DNA of 64,000 nt from Candidatus Omnitrophota bacterium (GCA_023247445.1 JAHFGL010000004.1:72968-136967), one strand, 5' to 3'. Shown: positions 30,394-41,339, numbered from the stretch's first letter. Notes: generated by a model not told the origin, from the sequence alone. A program made the numbers and translations.

Positions 30394-31834
30394 CTCTTTT
30401 GGTTAATTTTTGTTCGAAGTAAAAAGCAATAGCGATTAGATAAAAAGGGACAATCGTAAAAAGGTAGCGCGGGATTATCTGGATCAGAGAATATAATCCA
30501 ACAAAAATCCCAATTAAAACCAGCATAAAGAAGTATATCTGAACGATTTCACTCTCCGCAGACTTGACATCAAAAATAAATTTCCTTTTCCGCCAAACAA
30601 ACCCAGCAAGATAGATCATTGACCAGATTGTAATAATAGATATGGTGAATCTCAGGCCATTTTTAAATATGGCGTTATCAAACAATCCTTCAAGCCAACT
30701 GGGATAAGTAACTGATCCAATCTTTGTCGATTCCCAAAAAAACATTTTAAGACTTTCGAGAAAAGTAAAGAATATATAAGGGATAGGACTCTTTAAAACT
30801 CTATCGACCGCAGCAGAGTTTAAGTGGCTTTCGAGTTCTGTTCGCGGAACTCCTTCATCAAGCAAGGCCATGCATTTACGATAACCAAACCCATCCGCGG
30901 AGGCGATCGACCAATAATAACAATCATCTTTGTGATCGGCCATTGATGGACAAAGACCTTCTCCTGGTATATAAGCGATGGCAGCTTTTAATTTAGTCAT
31001 GGAAAAGGGAATAGTTCGTCGGGCACTATTGGCATAGAGTAAATAACCACGATCCGCAAAATTAAAAAAACCATTGTATTTTTTGTTAAGAGATTTAAAA
31101 GAAAACATAAATAGTCCAAGAAGAATTAGAAAAGTTGTTATAAAAACAAAACTATTTAAAGTCACTCTATAATTTTTTTTAAAAAGAGATCGCATGAGAA
31201 GGATGATAAACGGAAAAAGAAGTGCAACCGCGATATAGCCAAAGATGGCTTTCACACACGTAATAAGAATAAAAAGAAAAGTTAATAAAGCCGCCTGTAA
31301 AAAAGCTTTTCCAATGGAGCATTGTTCAAACATGCGCCAGGTTTTTAAGATCACAAAAATGATGGCTAAAATCAGGGGATAAGTAATGATTTCAGAGTAT
31401 AGGCTAAAGGTTGAATTAATGAGCGCCGGAGAGAACCCTATATAGAGAATAGTTGTACTTATGATCCAAGGCGTAATATTTAATCTTCTTAAAAGTCGAT
31501 AGGTCAGAAACTGGGTTAGTAATAAAAAAGCAATTTGGATGATTGTTTGGATTTTTAGATAAGAGAAAGATGTCCAGCTAGCGATTTTCATCGATAGCGT
31601 AATCAAAAGCGGATAAAGTGGTTCGCGGGCTGGGCCATTTTGAAAATAGCCAACGAGTCCGTGCTCATAAATAATTTTCCCTAAACGTTCATACTCCAGG
31701 GCATCATTGGTAACTTGTATGGAACTAAAAAAGAAAAGATAGGTGGTGTAGAGAAGGGTCGTTAAGAAAGGAATTATGAATATAAGTTTTGTTTGGTTGG
31801 GCGATATTGTGCGTCCATTCATTGCCCCCATCAT
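30386..31834 (-). CDS. GT-C fold membrane glycosyltransferase (ArnT/PMT, GT39/GT83-like).
   Basis: 482 aa and polytopic. The conserved N-terminal region [34 protein letters not shown] matches the aminoarabinose/mannosyl transferase-like family. It is paralogous to the product of 32745..34178. Confidence 0.65.
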   Translation of the reverse strand: MMGAMNGRTISPNQTKLIFIIPFLTTLLYTTYLFFFSSIQVTNDALEYERLGKIIYEHGLVGYFQNGPAREPLYPLLITLSMKIASWTSFSYLKIQTIIQIAFLLLTQFLTYRLLRRLNITPWIISTTILYIGFSPALINSTFSLYSEIITYPLILAIIFVILKTWRMFEQCSIGKAFLQAALLTFLFILITCVKAIFGYIAVALLFPFIILLMRSLFKKNYRVTLNSFVFITTFLILLGLFMFSFKSLNKKYNGFFNFADRGYLLYANSARRTIPFSMTKLKAAIAYIPGEGLCPSMADHKDDCYYWSIASADGFGYRKCMALLDEGVPRTELESHLNSAAVDRVLKSPIPYIFFTFLESLKMFFWESTKIGSVTYPSWLEGLFDNAIFKNGLRFTISIITIWSMIYLAGFVWRKRKFIFDVKSAESEIVQIYFFMLVLIGIFVGLYSLIQIIPRYLFTIVPFYLIAIAFYFEQKLTKRVK

Positions 31835-31858
31835 AGCGTAAAATGAAAAGAATTCAAG

Positions 31859-32575
31859 TTAGGAGAGAAAATTATACCTTAAAATACAATAAATCGCGTG
31901 AAGACCATCTTTCCAGCTAATTTTCTTACCTTGCTGGTATGTCCGTCCGCTATAGGAAACACCAACCTCATAGATTCGACAGTTTAGTTTTGCTACTTTT
32001 GCTGTAATCTCAGGTTCAAAACCAAAACGGTTTTCTTGTATGTCAATTTGTTTGATAATCTCTTTGCGGAAAACTTTATAACATGATTCCATGTCGGTTA
32101 AATTGATATTTGTACACATGTTAGAAAGAAGGGTTAAGAATTTATTTCCCACCATATGCCAGAAATAAAGGACACGATGTTCTTTCCCGCCAATAAAGCG
32201 TGAGCCATATACGACATCGGCCTTGCCATCTAAGAGAGGTTTAATGAGAACAGGATATTCGCTGGGATCATATTCTAAATCAGCATCTTGGATAATGATG
32301 ATATCGCCGGTCGCCGCTTTAAATCCACTGCGTAGCGCAGCCCCTTTGCCCATGTTTTGTTCATGGTAGATGATTTTAGCCACGGTGCCTTCGAGTTTTG
32401 TTTTTAATATATCCCGCGTTCCATCGGTTGAATAATCATCAATGATGATGATTTCGCGATGAGGGATGTCAGCGGCCTGGACGCGTTTAACGATTTCTAG
32501 AATGTATTCTTTTTCGTTAAAGCAAGGGATGACGATCGAAATAAGGACGTTACTAACTTTTTGGGAACCCTGCAC
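31859..32575 (-). CDS. GT2 glycosyltransferase, a polyprenyl-phosphate sugar synthase (GtrB/ArnC-like).
   Basis: [14 protein letters not shown]...[12 protein letters not shown]...[11 protein letters not shown] are classic GT2 motifs. Confidence 0.8.
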   Translation of the reverse strand: MQGSQKVSNVLISIVIPCFNEKEYILEIVKRVQAADIPHREIIIIDDYSTDGTRDILKTKLEGTVAKIIYHEQNMGKGAALRSGFKAATGDIIIIQDADLEYDPSEYPVLIKPLLDGKADVVYGSRFIGGKEHRVLYFWHMVGNKFLTLLSNMCTNINLTDMESCYKVFRKEIIKQIDIQENRFGFEPEITAKVAKLNCRIYEVGVSYSGRTYQQGKKISWKDGLHAIYCILRYNFLS

Positions 32576-32744
32576 TCACATTCTCCACATAAAATTTATA
32601 CAAGACTAAACAAAAACATCACTAATCTAAAACTATTTTTAGATAAAGTAAAGTTAAATATTTTTTGTCATTGATTTTGAAATAGGGAAGACGCCAATTG
32701 TATTCTTCTGATTTTTCATTAAAATAGGGTTTAATAATAATTCT

Positions 32745-34178
32745 ATGAATATAAGAAATCACATGCCCAAATCCCGCGCCAAAATTGCTATTTTTGTATC
32801 CTTTGCCCTATGCTTGCTTTATTGGGGATACTTGTTTAAAACAGCTCGAATGGAAATCATTTTTGACGCCATTAGTTATGAAAATTCGGGGCAGTTGCTT
32901 TATAAACAAGGATGGCTTGAATATTTTAGAACAGGTCCTAATCGCGAACCGTTATACCCATTTCTCATCTCAATATCGATGCGGCTGGCGGATGTTTTTC
33001 TGGTGCCTTATCAATCTATTCAGATTTTTCTACAGCTTATTATTTTATTTATTACTCAGCTTTTAACACTGAACATCCTTAAAAAGTTAAAGGTCAGTTC
33101 CCTAATTGAAGTCTTAACCATTTTATATATTGGTTTCTCTCCCGCGCTTGTTAATTCAGCATTTAGCTTGTTTTCAGAAATTGCCACGTATCCGTTTGTT
33201 TTATTAATTATCCTAACAGGGGTAAGATCGTGGTCACTACTTCTTACGGGCAGCAACATGAGTCGGTGCATTCGCAGTGGTTTTTTATTAGGAATACTGT
33301 TTATTTTAGCTACCTGTACCAAGGTTACATTTCAGTACATTCTGTTATTTTTCCTAATCCCCTATATTTATTTAATGTTTGATGCTTTCTTAAATAAAAA
33401 TAAGGAACGTCTGTTTAAGGTCATCATTTTTTTAGTTATTTTTAGTGCCACATTTTTTTCCTTCCTCATCACATATAAATCATTAAATAGAATATATAAT
33501 GGCCACTACACCTTTACTGATCGTGGGCCGTACCTTTTGTATGGAAATACCGCCAAGCGCCTACAGGAATTGACGCCACGTAAGATTCTTACCTGCGCCG
33601 CATATACATTGGGCGAGGGACTTTGTTATTCTCTTTTTGATAAAAAGGATTGCGACGTTTGGAATCTTTGGCGAGTTGAAACACTCGGGGCTTTTAAAAG
33701 ACAAGAGGCCGATAAAACTTATCTGCCGGCGGATGTTGATGCTCAGATTATGAAAAGTGCTATTAGCGAGGCCCTTAAGAATCCTTTGCAATATGTTTTT
33801 ATTACATCCATTGAGTCTTTTAAAATATTCTTTTGGGAATCAACTAGAATCGGATGTGTTACTTATCCTGCGTGGCTTTCGACAATTTACAACATGTCAT
33901 TTTTTAAGAATTTCTTAAGATTAATTCTGTCGGCCCTATCATTTATTTCGATTGTGTATGTTGTAAAGTATATTGTTTCTCGGCGAAAACTATTGATAAG
34001 CCCTACAGGTGAAGAACAGGAGAGTGTTCGGATTTTCTTTTTTATAATGGTTCTAATGGCAGGATTTTTATTTATACACTTATTCTTTTTTCTTGTTACC
34101 CGCTATATTTTCCCCATCGTCCCGTTATTTCTTATTTGCATCGCCGTTAGCTTCCAAAAACTTGTTATTAAGAAATAG
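32745..34178 (+). CDS. GT-C fold membrane glycosyltransferase (ArnT/PMT-like), a paralog of 30386..31834.
   Basis: 477 aa and polytopic. DAISYENSGQLLYKQGWLEYFRTGPNREPLYPFLISISMR aligns with the paralog's N-terminal loop. Confidence 0.65.
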   Translation: MNIRNHMPKSRAKIAIFVSFALCLLYWGYLFKTARMEIIFDAISYENSGQLLYKQGWLEYFRTGPNREPLYPFLISISMRLADVFLVPYQSIQIFLQLIILFITQLLTLNILKKLKVSSLIEVLTILYIGFSPALVNSAFSLFSEIATYPFVLLIILTGVRSWSLLLTGSNMSRCIRSGFLLGILFILATCTKVTFQYILLFFLIPYIYLMFDAFLNKNKERLFKVIIFLVIFSATFFSFLITYKSLNRIYNGHYTFTDRGPYLLYGNTAKRLQELTPRKILTCAAYTLGEGLCYSLFDKKDCDVWNLWRVETLGAFKRQEADKTYLPADVDAQIMKSAISEALKNPLQYVFITSIESFKIFFWESTRIGCVTYPAWLSTIYNMSFFKNFLRLILSALSFISIVYVVKYIVSRRKLLISPTGEEQESVRIFFFIMVLMAGFLFIHLFFFLVTRYIFPIVPLFLICIAVSFQKLVIKK

Positions 34179-34180
34179 AT

Positions 34181-34801
34181 TTAACGAAAGGGAACCCGGG
34201 GGTTGGTTTTAAATCTTTCTTCTAACGCACGTGTTAGGACGGGTTTATTATTAACTTTTTTTAGATGCTGAAGTTGTTCTTTCGCTTTGGGAATATTGCC
34301 AAGCTTGATGTAATTAATACCCATCTCATAATAGGCTTCGGTAAAAAGATCGCTATGTTTGACGGTTTCCTCAAATAAGTTAATGGCCTTAAGATATTCA
34401 CCTTTTTGGGTGTAATCCAGCCCCAGTTGGTAAGCCGCTGTTGCATAATCAACATCGCGTCTGTAATCTTTTTTGACAAGATGTACCTTGTCGGGATCTT
34501 GGCCTAGGTTAACGAATTCTTGAAAATACGCTAATTTTTGCTGATCATCGCCCATTTTTCCATAAAGCACGCCTAATTCGTAATATGTCTGATTATAAGA
34601 CGGATTATGGTGCAACGCTTTTTTGTATAATTGTATGGCCCTAGGATAGTCATTCTTTTGTTCATATTTTTGGGCTAATGTACCATAAAGCTTTGCGTAG
34701 GTAGGGATGGGGATAAAAAGCTCAATTAATCGTAAGAGAAGTAGGCCAGCTACGGCGGCGATGATAATTCTGGGTTGCAGGTTGGATATTTTCATGTCCA
34801 T
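34181..34801 (-). CDS. Membrane-anchored TPR-repeat protein.
   Basis: An N-terminal TM helix followed by several 34-aa TPR-like repeats (AIQLYKKALHHNPSYNQTYYELGVLYGKMG...). Confidence 0.65.
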   Translation of the reverse strand: MDMKISNLQPRIIIAAVAGLLLLRLIELFIPIPTYAKLYGTLAQKYEQKNDYPRAIQLYKKALHHNPSYNQTYYELGVLYGKMGDDQQKLAYFQEFVNLGQDPDKVHLVKKDYRRDVDYATAAYQLGLDYTQKGEYLKAINLFEETVKHSDLFTEAYYEMGINYIKLGNIPKAKEQLQHLKKVNNKPVLTRALEERFKTNPRVPFR

Positions 34802-34927
34802 TGAAAAGCCATTGTAATATTAAAATTTATGGGTATCAATGAAATTGTTGTGCATGTATCTAACCCCTTGAGGTTTCGGATGTTTCTTTTCTGTTAAAAT
34901 TGAGATAAATTTTCATCGATTGATTGC

Positions 34928-34955
34928 TTGACAATTGAAGGTTCTTTTCTATAAT
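34928..34955 (+). promoter_or_regulatory. Near-consensus sigma70 promoter.
   Basis: TTGACA at 34928-33, a 16-nt spacer, then TATAAT at 34950-55. It lies inside the 5' part of the listed ORF 34935.., which argues that the real start is the downstream ATG at 34983. Confidence 0.55.
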
Positions 34956-34982
34956 GATGTTCATAAACTGAACATCACTGCC

Positions 34983-35567
34983 ATGCCACAAGAAACCCTA
35001 AACGAAAGAGAATTTGAACTTGTTAATATCATTGGCGCCAAGCTCGGCTCCAATCAGCGCGATTTGTCGCGCATTATGGATCTTTCTTTAGGGATGATCA
35101 ACATGCTCGTCCGCCGAATGATCGCCAAAGGCTATATCCGCATCAACCAGCTTAGTAAACGTAAAGTCGAATATCTCCTAACAACAAAAGGTTTTAGTGA
35201 AAAGACGCGTAAATCTGTTAAGTATACGCTTAAGACTATTGATTCCATTAGTCGTATCAAAATTCGACTTAAAGATGTTTTAAAGGAAGTTGTTCACAAA
35301 GACCAAATCAAAGAATTTATTATTTTAGGGAAGTCAGATTTTGCCTTTATTGTTGAAATGGTTTTAAGAGAATTAGATACACAGAATTATAAGATTTTGC
35401 ATGTTGAGGAGCCGCCATCCAAACAAAATGGGGCTTTACTTTTAATTTGTCGGGAAGGCTATGACGCGCTTAAAGGAGATCATGTGGTTAATGTGATCCA
35501 TGAGCTTGCGAAAGATTATCATTTCGCTGAATTTAAAACAGAAGGGGCTGGTAAAGGTGCAAGTTAA
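34983..35567 (+). CDS. Putative winged-helix (MarR/HTH-like) transcriptional regulator.
   Basis: The N-terminal EFELVNIIGAKLGSNQRDLSRIMDLSLGMINMLVRRMIAKGYIRI is a wHTH-like segment. The start is reassigned downstream of the consensus promoter. Confidence 0.45.
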   Translation: MPQETLNEREFELVNIIGAKLGSNQRDLSRIMDLSLGMINMLVRRMIAKGYIRINQLSKRKVEYLLTTKGFSEKTRKSVKYTLKTIDSISRIKIRLKDVLKEVVHKDQIKEFIILGKSDFAFIVEMVLRELDTQNYKILHVEEPPSKQNGALLLICREGYDALKGDHVVNVIHELAKDYHFAEFKTEGAGKGAS

Positions 35568-37362
35568 AAAGAGATTTGAAGATCTCAAGATTTTATTATT
35601 TTTCTTTCGCGAGCACAAGATAAGTGCTGGTTATGTTTTTTTGATGATGGTCCTTTCTAGTGTTTTTGAATCCGTTAATGTGGCGGCCCTTTATCCTGTC
35701 ATTAATTATGGTCTAAAGATGGATGGCGGCGGGCAAGGGCTCAAATGGCTTGAATTTGTGCTACATTCGTTCCGCTTTAATAATTTGTTTTTAGGATCTT
35801 GTTTACTTTTAATAGCGATTACGATGGTGGCTACTTCGTTAAAGATTTATTATCACTACTTGTCTAATAAGCTCATTATGCGGATCATTGCCGAGAATCA
35901 GAATAGTATTTTTCAGAAGCTCGCCTCTATGGAATATAAATATTTTGTTAAAAGTCAGCAAGGAAAGCTTATTTATGCCTCAACGGTTGCTCCAATAGGG
36001 ATTTCTTCTAATATTTTTTCTGCAGTCCGAAGTGCCAACTCTTTTGTCACCATTTTATTTTTGGCAACATTGATGATGTTTTTAACCTGGCAAGGCATGG
36101 TCTTTGTTATTGTTCTTGGAATTTTTTATATTTTCTTTGTCAGAAAAATTCTTAATCATTTTGTTCGTCAATTTTCACATTTAAGTGTCGAGGAAGATGA
36201 GAAAAAGAATATTATTCTCAATGAATTTATTAGTGGTATTAAGTCGATTAAGGCCTTTCATGTGGAATCTCTTTGGCAGGAGAGATTTTCTCAATCCGTT
36301 TTGCGCAGTGCCCAGTTTCGTTTTCAAGTTGTGCTTGGGCATGTTCTTCCTGACAGTTTTCTTAAGTTTATTTTTTTTAGCGGGATCGGTCTTATGGGAT
36401 TAGCGCTGGGCTTCTCTAATACAGGCAACATGATGAGTTTACTTCCGGCCTTGGGAACCTTTGCCATTGTCGCTAGCCGGATCATTCCCTATATCAACCT
36501 TTTTGGTAACGATATTGTTGCGGTCGCCCGTTACATGCCAGATATGAAAATTGTTTATGATCTTTTACACGAACAGATGGCAGAAAATTGGACAGGAACA
36601 AAAGCCCTCGGTCATTTCCAGAATAAGATTCAATTTCGAGATGTTTGGTTTAAATATGATGGGGCAGCAAATTTTTTATTTAAGGGACTAAACTTCTCGA
36701 TTGAAAAGGGAAAAGTCACCGCGGTTGTCGGACCATCAGGCGCTGGAAAATCTACGATTATTAATCTTCTTCTTAGCCTATTTTCAGTCGCAAAAGGAGA
36801 GATTTTATTGGATGGAATAAATATTAAAGAGTTTAGTCGTGAGTCTTATTTGCAAAAAGTTGGCTATATTTCGCAAGAGACATTTATTTTTAATGGCACG
36901 ATTCGCGATAATATTTGTTTTGGACTTAGTTATTCAGATGAAGAGATAATCGCCGCGGCTCAACTCGCCAATGCGCATGAATTTATTTTAGCTGCCGAGA
37001 AAGGGTATGACACGATTGTCGGTGATGCCGGGATTAAGCTTTCCGGTGGACAACGCCAGCGTCTCGCGATTGCTCGCGCCATGCTTCGCCGTCCAGAAAT
37101 TCTCATTTTGGATGAGGCAACGAGCTCTCTAGATAATGTTAGCGAACGACAAGTTCAACAAGCCATTAATAATATTGCTCATCGCACAACCGTTTTTCTT
37201 GTGGCTCATCGCCTTTCAACGGTTCAGAACGCTGATAAAATTGTTGTCTTAGAACATGGTCAGATTGCGGAAGAGGGAACGCATGAGCAATTGATAAAGA
37301 ATCGCCGGGCATATTTTCAACTTTATACAACGACGCAAATAGGGGATGAAATAAAAATATGA
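35557..37362 (+). CDS. ABC exporter with fused TMD-NBD, MsbA/lipid-glycan flippase-like.
   Basis: Six TM helices followed by an NBD with Walker A (GPSGAGKST), the signature LSGGQRQRLAIARA and Walker B (ILILDEAT). A GTG at 35557 is chosen as the start so that TM1 is retained. Confidence 0.8.
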   Translation: MQVKKRFEDLKILLFFFREHKISAGYVFLMMVLSSVFESVNVAALYPVINYGLKMDGGGQGLKWLEFVLHSFRFNNLFLGSCLLLIAITMVATSLKIYYHYLSNKLIMRIIAENQNSIFQKLASMEYKYFVKSQQGKLIYASTVAPIGISSNIFSAVRSANSFVTILFLATLMMFLTWQGMVFVIVLGIFYIFFVRKILNHFVRQFSHLSVEEDEKKNIILNEFISGIKSIKAFHVESLWQERFSQSVLRSAQFRFQVVLGHVLPDSFLKFIFFSGIGLMGLALGFSNTGNMMSLLPALGTFAIVASRIIPYINLFGNDIVAVARYMPDMKIVYDLLHEQMAENWTGTKALGHFQNKIQFRDVWFKYDGAANFLFKGLNFSIEKGKVTAVVGPSGAGKSTIINLLLSLFSVAKGEILLDGINIKEFSRESYLQKVGYISQETFIFNGTIRDNICFGLSYSDEEIIAAAQLANAHEFILAAEKGYDTIVGDAGIKLSGGQRQRLAIARAMLRRPEILILDEATSSLDNVSERQVQQAINNIAHRTTVFLVAHRLSTVQNADKIVVLEHGQIAEEGTHEQLIKNRRAYFQLYTTTQIGDEIKI

Positions 37363-38333
37363 AAACAGTGCTTATTACGGGAGCTGGAGGTTTTATTGGT
37401 TCTCATCTGACGGAATTATGTGTTGCGCGCGGACTTAAAGTCAGGGCCTTTGTTCGATATAACTCAATGAACAAGCGCGGCTGGTTAGAAGATTCAAAAT
37501 ATAAGGATGATATTGAATTTATATCGGGAGATATTAGGGATTATGATTCTGTTGTTAAAGCGATGAAAGGCTCTGAGGAGGTTTATCATCTGGCTGCTTT
37601 AATTGGGATTCCGTATTCCTATGTTTCGCCGCTGGCCTATATTAAAACGAATGTCGAGGGAACTTACAATGTGCTTGAGGCGGCCAAGGAACTTAATTTG
37701 AAAAAGATTTTAGTGACATCAACAAGTGAGACTTATGGAACAGCCCAATATGTTCCTATCGATGAAAAACATCCGGCCAATGGTCAATCTCCGTATGCGG
37801 CCACTAAGGTGGCGGCTGATCAATTAGCGCAAAGTTATTATTTATCGTTTGGCCTACCGGTTAAGATTATCCGTCCATTTAATACCTTTGGCCCACGCCA
37901 ATCGGCGCGCGCAATTATTCCCACGATTATCACTCAACTTCTAAACGATAAAAAACAACTGCGTTTAGGCAATACAAATCCTACACGCGATTTTACATTT
38001 GTTAAAGATACGGCGAGCGCATTTCTTGAAGTGGCCAAAGCCAAGGGTTTATATGCGGATGTGGTCAATGTTGGGATGAATGAAGAGATCTCGATTAAAG
38101 ATTTAGCGTACCTTATTGGAAAAATTTTAAAGAAACCTGTCGATATTGCAGAAGACAAGCAGAGAGTTCGGCGTAAGGGCACGGAAGTCGAGAGACTTCG
38201 TTGTCAAAACGCCAAGATTAGAAAAATGACAAATTGGAAACCGCGCTACAGCTTGGAAAAAGGTCTTGTTGAGACGATTGCGTTTATGAAAGATCAATTG
38301 AGTTTATATAAAGCAGATATTTATAACATTTAA
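37359..38333 (+). CDS. NAD-dependent epimerase/dehydratase, a candidate nucleotide-sugar 4,6-dehydratase (LegB/RmlB-like).
   Basis: ITGAGGFIGSHL Rossmann motif, TSTSETYG and YAATKVAADQL (YxxxK). It is the first gene of the nonulosonic acid cluster. Confidence 0.65.
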   Translation: MKTVLITGAGGFIGSHLTELCVARGLKVRAFVRYNSMNKRGWLEDSKYKDDIEFISGDIRDYDSVVKAMKGSEEVYHLAALIGIPYSYVSPLAYIKTNVEGTYNVLEAAKELNLKKILVTSTSETYGTAQYVPIDEKHPANGQSPYAATKVAADQLAQSYYLSFGLPVKIIRPFNTFGPRQSARAIIPTIITQLLNDKKQLRLGNTNPTRDFTFVKDTASAFLEVAKAKGLYADVVNVGMNEEISIKDLAYLIGKILKKPVDIAEDKQRVRRKGTEVERLRCQNAKIRKMTNWKPRYSLEKGLVETIAFMKDQLSLYKADIYNI

Positions 38334-38348
38334 TTAATTGTTTGGAGC

Positions 38349-39302
38349 ATGATGAAGAAAAAGAAAATTTTATTATTTGGATCAGGGTATATGGCCAATG
38401 AATATCTTAAGGTTCTTAAGGCCTTATCATGTGATGTTTTTATTATTGGACGCAACAGACAGAAAGTGAAAGCTTTGGCTGATTCCTATGGTTTTAAGGG
38501 TTGTGGCGGAGGCACCAGTGGGCTCAAGAATGTGGATTGCGGAGATTTTGATTGGGTCATTAATGCTGTTCCGGTGGATAAGTTGTTTGAAGTTACTTCA
38601 GCGTGCGTACAACATGGATTATCCAATATTTTGATTGAGAAGCCAGGGGCATTAAATCTCAATGAATTAAATGCATTAAAAAAGAAAGAAAAAAAAGGCA
38701 TCAATATTAGAGTTGCGTGCAACCGAAGATTCTATGGTTCGGTTCAGGCTCTTCGTGAACGGATTAAAGAAGATGGCGGCATCGTTGGATGCTTTTTTGA
38801 TTTTACGGATAGAGAAAAAGATATTTTCGAAGCGGCGAAGGGAAGTTCCTTTGTTGATCGGTGGGGCTGGGCTAATTCCATGCATGTGATTGACTTGGCA
38901 TTTCATTTGATTGGATTGCCGCAGCAGATAAAGACGTTTCGGGATGCTGGCTGGAAATTTCATCCTACAGGAAATGTTTTTACTGGCAGTGGACGCAGTG
39001 AAAAAAGTTTGTTTAGTTATTATTCGACATGGTCCGGAGGCGGCCGTTGGGCTGTTGAGATTTCAACACCAGAAGGCCGGTACAAACTTTCTCCGTTAGA
39101 AAAGTTGGCTTTTTGTAAGAAAAATCAGTTTAATTGGGAAGAAAAAGAATTTGCGATGGAACATGATACGCAATTTAAGCCCGGGCTTTATAAAATGGTT
39201 AACGAAGTCATATTAAATAACCGGCCAAATACGTTACCAACCTTGGATGAACAAATTAGACTTTATAAGGTTACTCAGAAAATTTTTGGTTATGAAAATT
39301 AA
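38349..39302 (+). CDS. Gfo/Idh/MocA-family oxidoreductase.
   Basis: An N-terminal Rossmann fold and the family's EKP motif (ILIEKPGA). Confidence 0.6.
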   Translation: MMKKKKILLFGSGYMANEYLKVLKALSCDVFIIGRNRQKVKALADSYGFKGCGGGTSGLKNVDCGDFDWVINAVPVDKLFEVTSACVQHGLSNILIEKPGALNLNELNALKKKEKKGINIRVACNRRFYGSVQALRERIKEDGGIVGCFFDFTDREKDIFEAAKGSSFVDRWGWANSMHVIDLAFHLIGLPQQIKTFRDAGWKFHPTGNVFTGSGRSEKSLFSYYSTWSGGGRWAVEISTPEGRYKLSPLEKLAFCKKNQFNWEEKEFAMEHDTQFKPGLYKMVNEVILNNRPNTLPTLDEQIRLYKVTQKIFGYEN

Positions 39303-40236
39303 TATCGTCATCATAGGTTTGGGCAATATTGGCAAACGACATTTGCAGGCAGTCAGCCGACTTTCCTATTGTTCTGAAATTCTAGGTTATGTTCTTAACT
39401 TGGAAGACAAGAAGGTGATTGCTGAGTTTTGTCAGAAAAATAATATTTCGACAGAAAATTTAAGATTGGTCACAAATTTTGATGATACCCTTAAGGCAAT
39501 TACAGAACGCACGATTGTGATCGTTTCCACAACCGCCAAAGGTCGGGTCAAAATCATAGAGCAGGTTTTAAAACATCGACCGTTAGCGATTATTGCCGAG
39601 AAACCCTTATGCCAAAATCCATCGGAATATGAACATTTGATCAATTTAGTTAAGGAATATAATATTCCAATCTACGGCAATTTTCCTAAACATATGTACC
39701 CTGTTTACCAGAAAATAAATCATTTGTTGAAGGCGGGTTCGATTACATCCTTTAATGCCATAACCTGGGGCGGGATGGCGTGCGCTGGTATCCATGCATT
39801 GGAACTGATGACTTGGCTTTTAGCTGTCAAAGATTACAAAATATTAAAAGCCGTTTGCCATAAAGAGTTTGCTTCCAAACGAGATGGGTTTATGGACTTT
39901 GCCGCTGATTTAGTTTTAGAAGTCAATGGCGGAATTGTCTGTTCATTGTCGGCATCGGAAGATAAAAAGTTAGAAATTTATGACATCGCCTCAGAAGAAA
40001 AAAAATATAGTGTTTGTGAATCTTCTGGAAAAATACTTGAGGTTAATAATAACGCAGAGTTCTTGGTTTCTGATCTTGAGATTCTTCATGTTAGTCAAAT
40101 TACTGACCAGATTGTTGATGATATTGTCAAAGGGGGCAAGGTCAGGCTTCCCGATGTTTATGAGTCCTATACTGCGCATAAGATATTATTTGAGTGCATG
40201 AAGTTATGTAATTTGGAGAGGCTTAATATCACATGA
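39292..40236 (+). CDS. Gfo/Idh/MocA-family oxidoreductase.
   Basis: MKINIVIIGLGNIGKRH Rossmann motif and IIAEKPLC (EKP motif). Start set at the ATG at 39292, which overlaps the upstream stop. Confidence 0.6.
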   Translation: MKINIVIIGLGNIGKRHLQAVSRLSYCSEILGYVLNLEDKKVIAEFCQKNNISTENLRLVTNFDDTLKAITERTIVIVSTTAKGRVKIIEQVLKHRPLAIIAEKPLCQNPSEYEHLINLVKEYNIPIYGNFPKHMYPVYQKINHLLKAGSITSFNAITWGGMACAGIHALELMTWLLAVKDYKILKAVCHKEFASKRDGFMDFAADLVLEVNGGIVCSLSASEDKKLEIYDIASEEKKYSVCESSGKILEVNNNAEFLVSDLEILHVSQITDQIVDDIVKGGKVRLPDVYESYTAHKILFECMKLCNLERLNIT

Positions 40237-41339
40237 AATGTTCAGTTGTTTTTGATGCCCCCAATATTGGTCGAGAAGAGAAAACTTCTTTGGTGCGTAT
40301 CATAAATACGGGATATGTTTCAACGGCTGGACATTGTGTGGCTGAGTTTGAAGAGAAATTTGCTGGATATTTTGGAATTAAAAAATCCGTTGCTGTCCAA
40401 AGTGGCACGGCAGCCATTCATATTGCTCTTTGTGAATTAGGAATTGGTCCAGGCGATGAGGTGATTGTCCCGGTTATGACATTTGTAGCGACGGTTAACC
40501 CGATTATCTATAACTATGCCAAACCTGTTTTTGTTGATGTTGATCCGGCCACATGGAACATTGATAGTTGTGCCATTGAAAATCATATAAGCAAAAAAAC
40601 AAAAGCCATTTTGCCGGTACATCTTTACGGAAATCCTTGCGCGATGGATCGTATTTTATCGATTGCTCGTAAACATAAATTATATGTTATTGAAGATGCG
40701 GCGGAGAGTTTGGGGGCAACATATAAAGGACGCTACACCGGAATCTTCGGAGATATTGGATGTTTTAGTTTTAATGGCAATAAAATTATTACCACCGGTA
40801 GCGGCGGAATGGTGGTTGGCCAAAACGCAAAACGGTTACAGCACATTAAATTTCTCGTGAATCAAGCCAAAGATCCCAAGAATAGTTTTTTTCACCCAGA
40901 GGTTGGTTACAACTATCGGATGACGAACCTTCAGGCCGCTTTAGGATTGGCCCAGATGGATAAGTTGAATGATTTTTTAGCAAAGAAAAGAAACTTTAAT
41001 AAATTGTACAGAAAATATTTATCAACTATCGATGGCATCGCTTTTCAAGAGAATTTGCCGACAGCAGAAAGTTCCTGGTGGTTAACGGGCATTGTTTTAA
41101 ATAAAACCAAAGATATTACGCGTATCCAACGAAAATTAATGGAGCAAGGCATTCCAACGCGCCGAAATTTTATGCCGATCACTGACTTTCCAGCCTATAA
41201 AAAATATAAAAAAGGCCGGTATCCTCAGGCGCAGTACATTTATAAACATGGTTTATGTTTGCCGGGTTCGACATTAAATTCTTTTAAGAATATTGAACAT
41301 GTTTGTCAGATATTAAAGAAAGTGGTTTCTAAGAATTAA
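40233..41339 (+). CDS. DegT/DnrJ/EryC1 family PLP-dependent sugar aminotransferase (LegC/PseC-like).
   Basis: 368 aa. The ...SGTAAIHIAL..., FSFNGNKIITTGSGGMV region contains the Lys that binds PLP. This is the aminotransferase class of nonulosonic acid pathways. Confidence 0.85.
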   Translation: MKCSVVFDAPNIGREEKTSLVRIINTGYVSTAGHCVAEFEEKFAGYFGIKKSVAVQSGTAAIHIALCELGIGPGDEVIVPVMTFVATVNPIIYNYAKPVFVDVDPATWNIDSCAIENHISKKTKAILPVHLYGNPCAMDRILSIARKHKLYVIEDAAESLGATYKGRYTGIFGDIGCFSFNGNKIITTGSGGMVVGQNAKRLQHIKFLVNQAKDPKNSFFHPEVGYNYRMTNLQAALGLAQMDKLNDFLAKKRNFNKLYRKYLSTIDGIAFQENLPTAESSWWLTGIVLNKTKDITRIQRKLMEQGIPTRRNFMPITDFPAYKKYKKGRYPQAQYIYKHGLCLPGSTLNSFKNIEHVCQILKKVVSKN

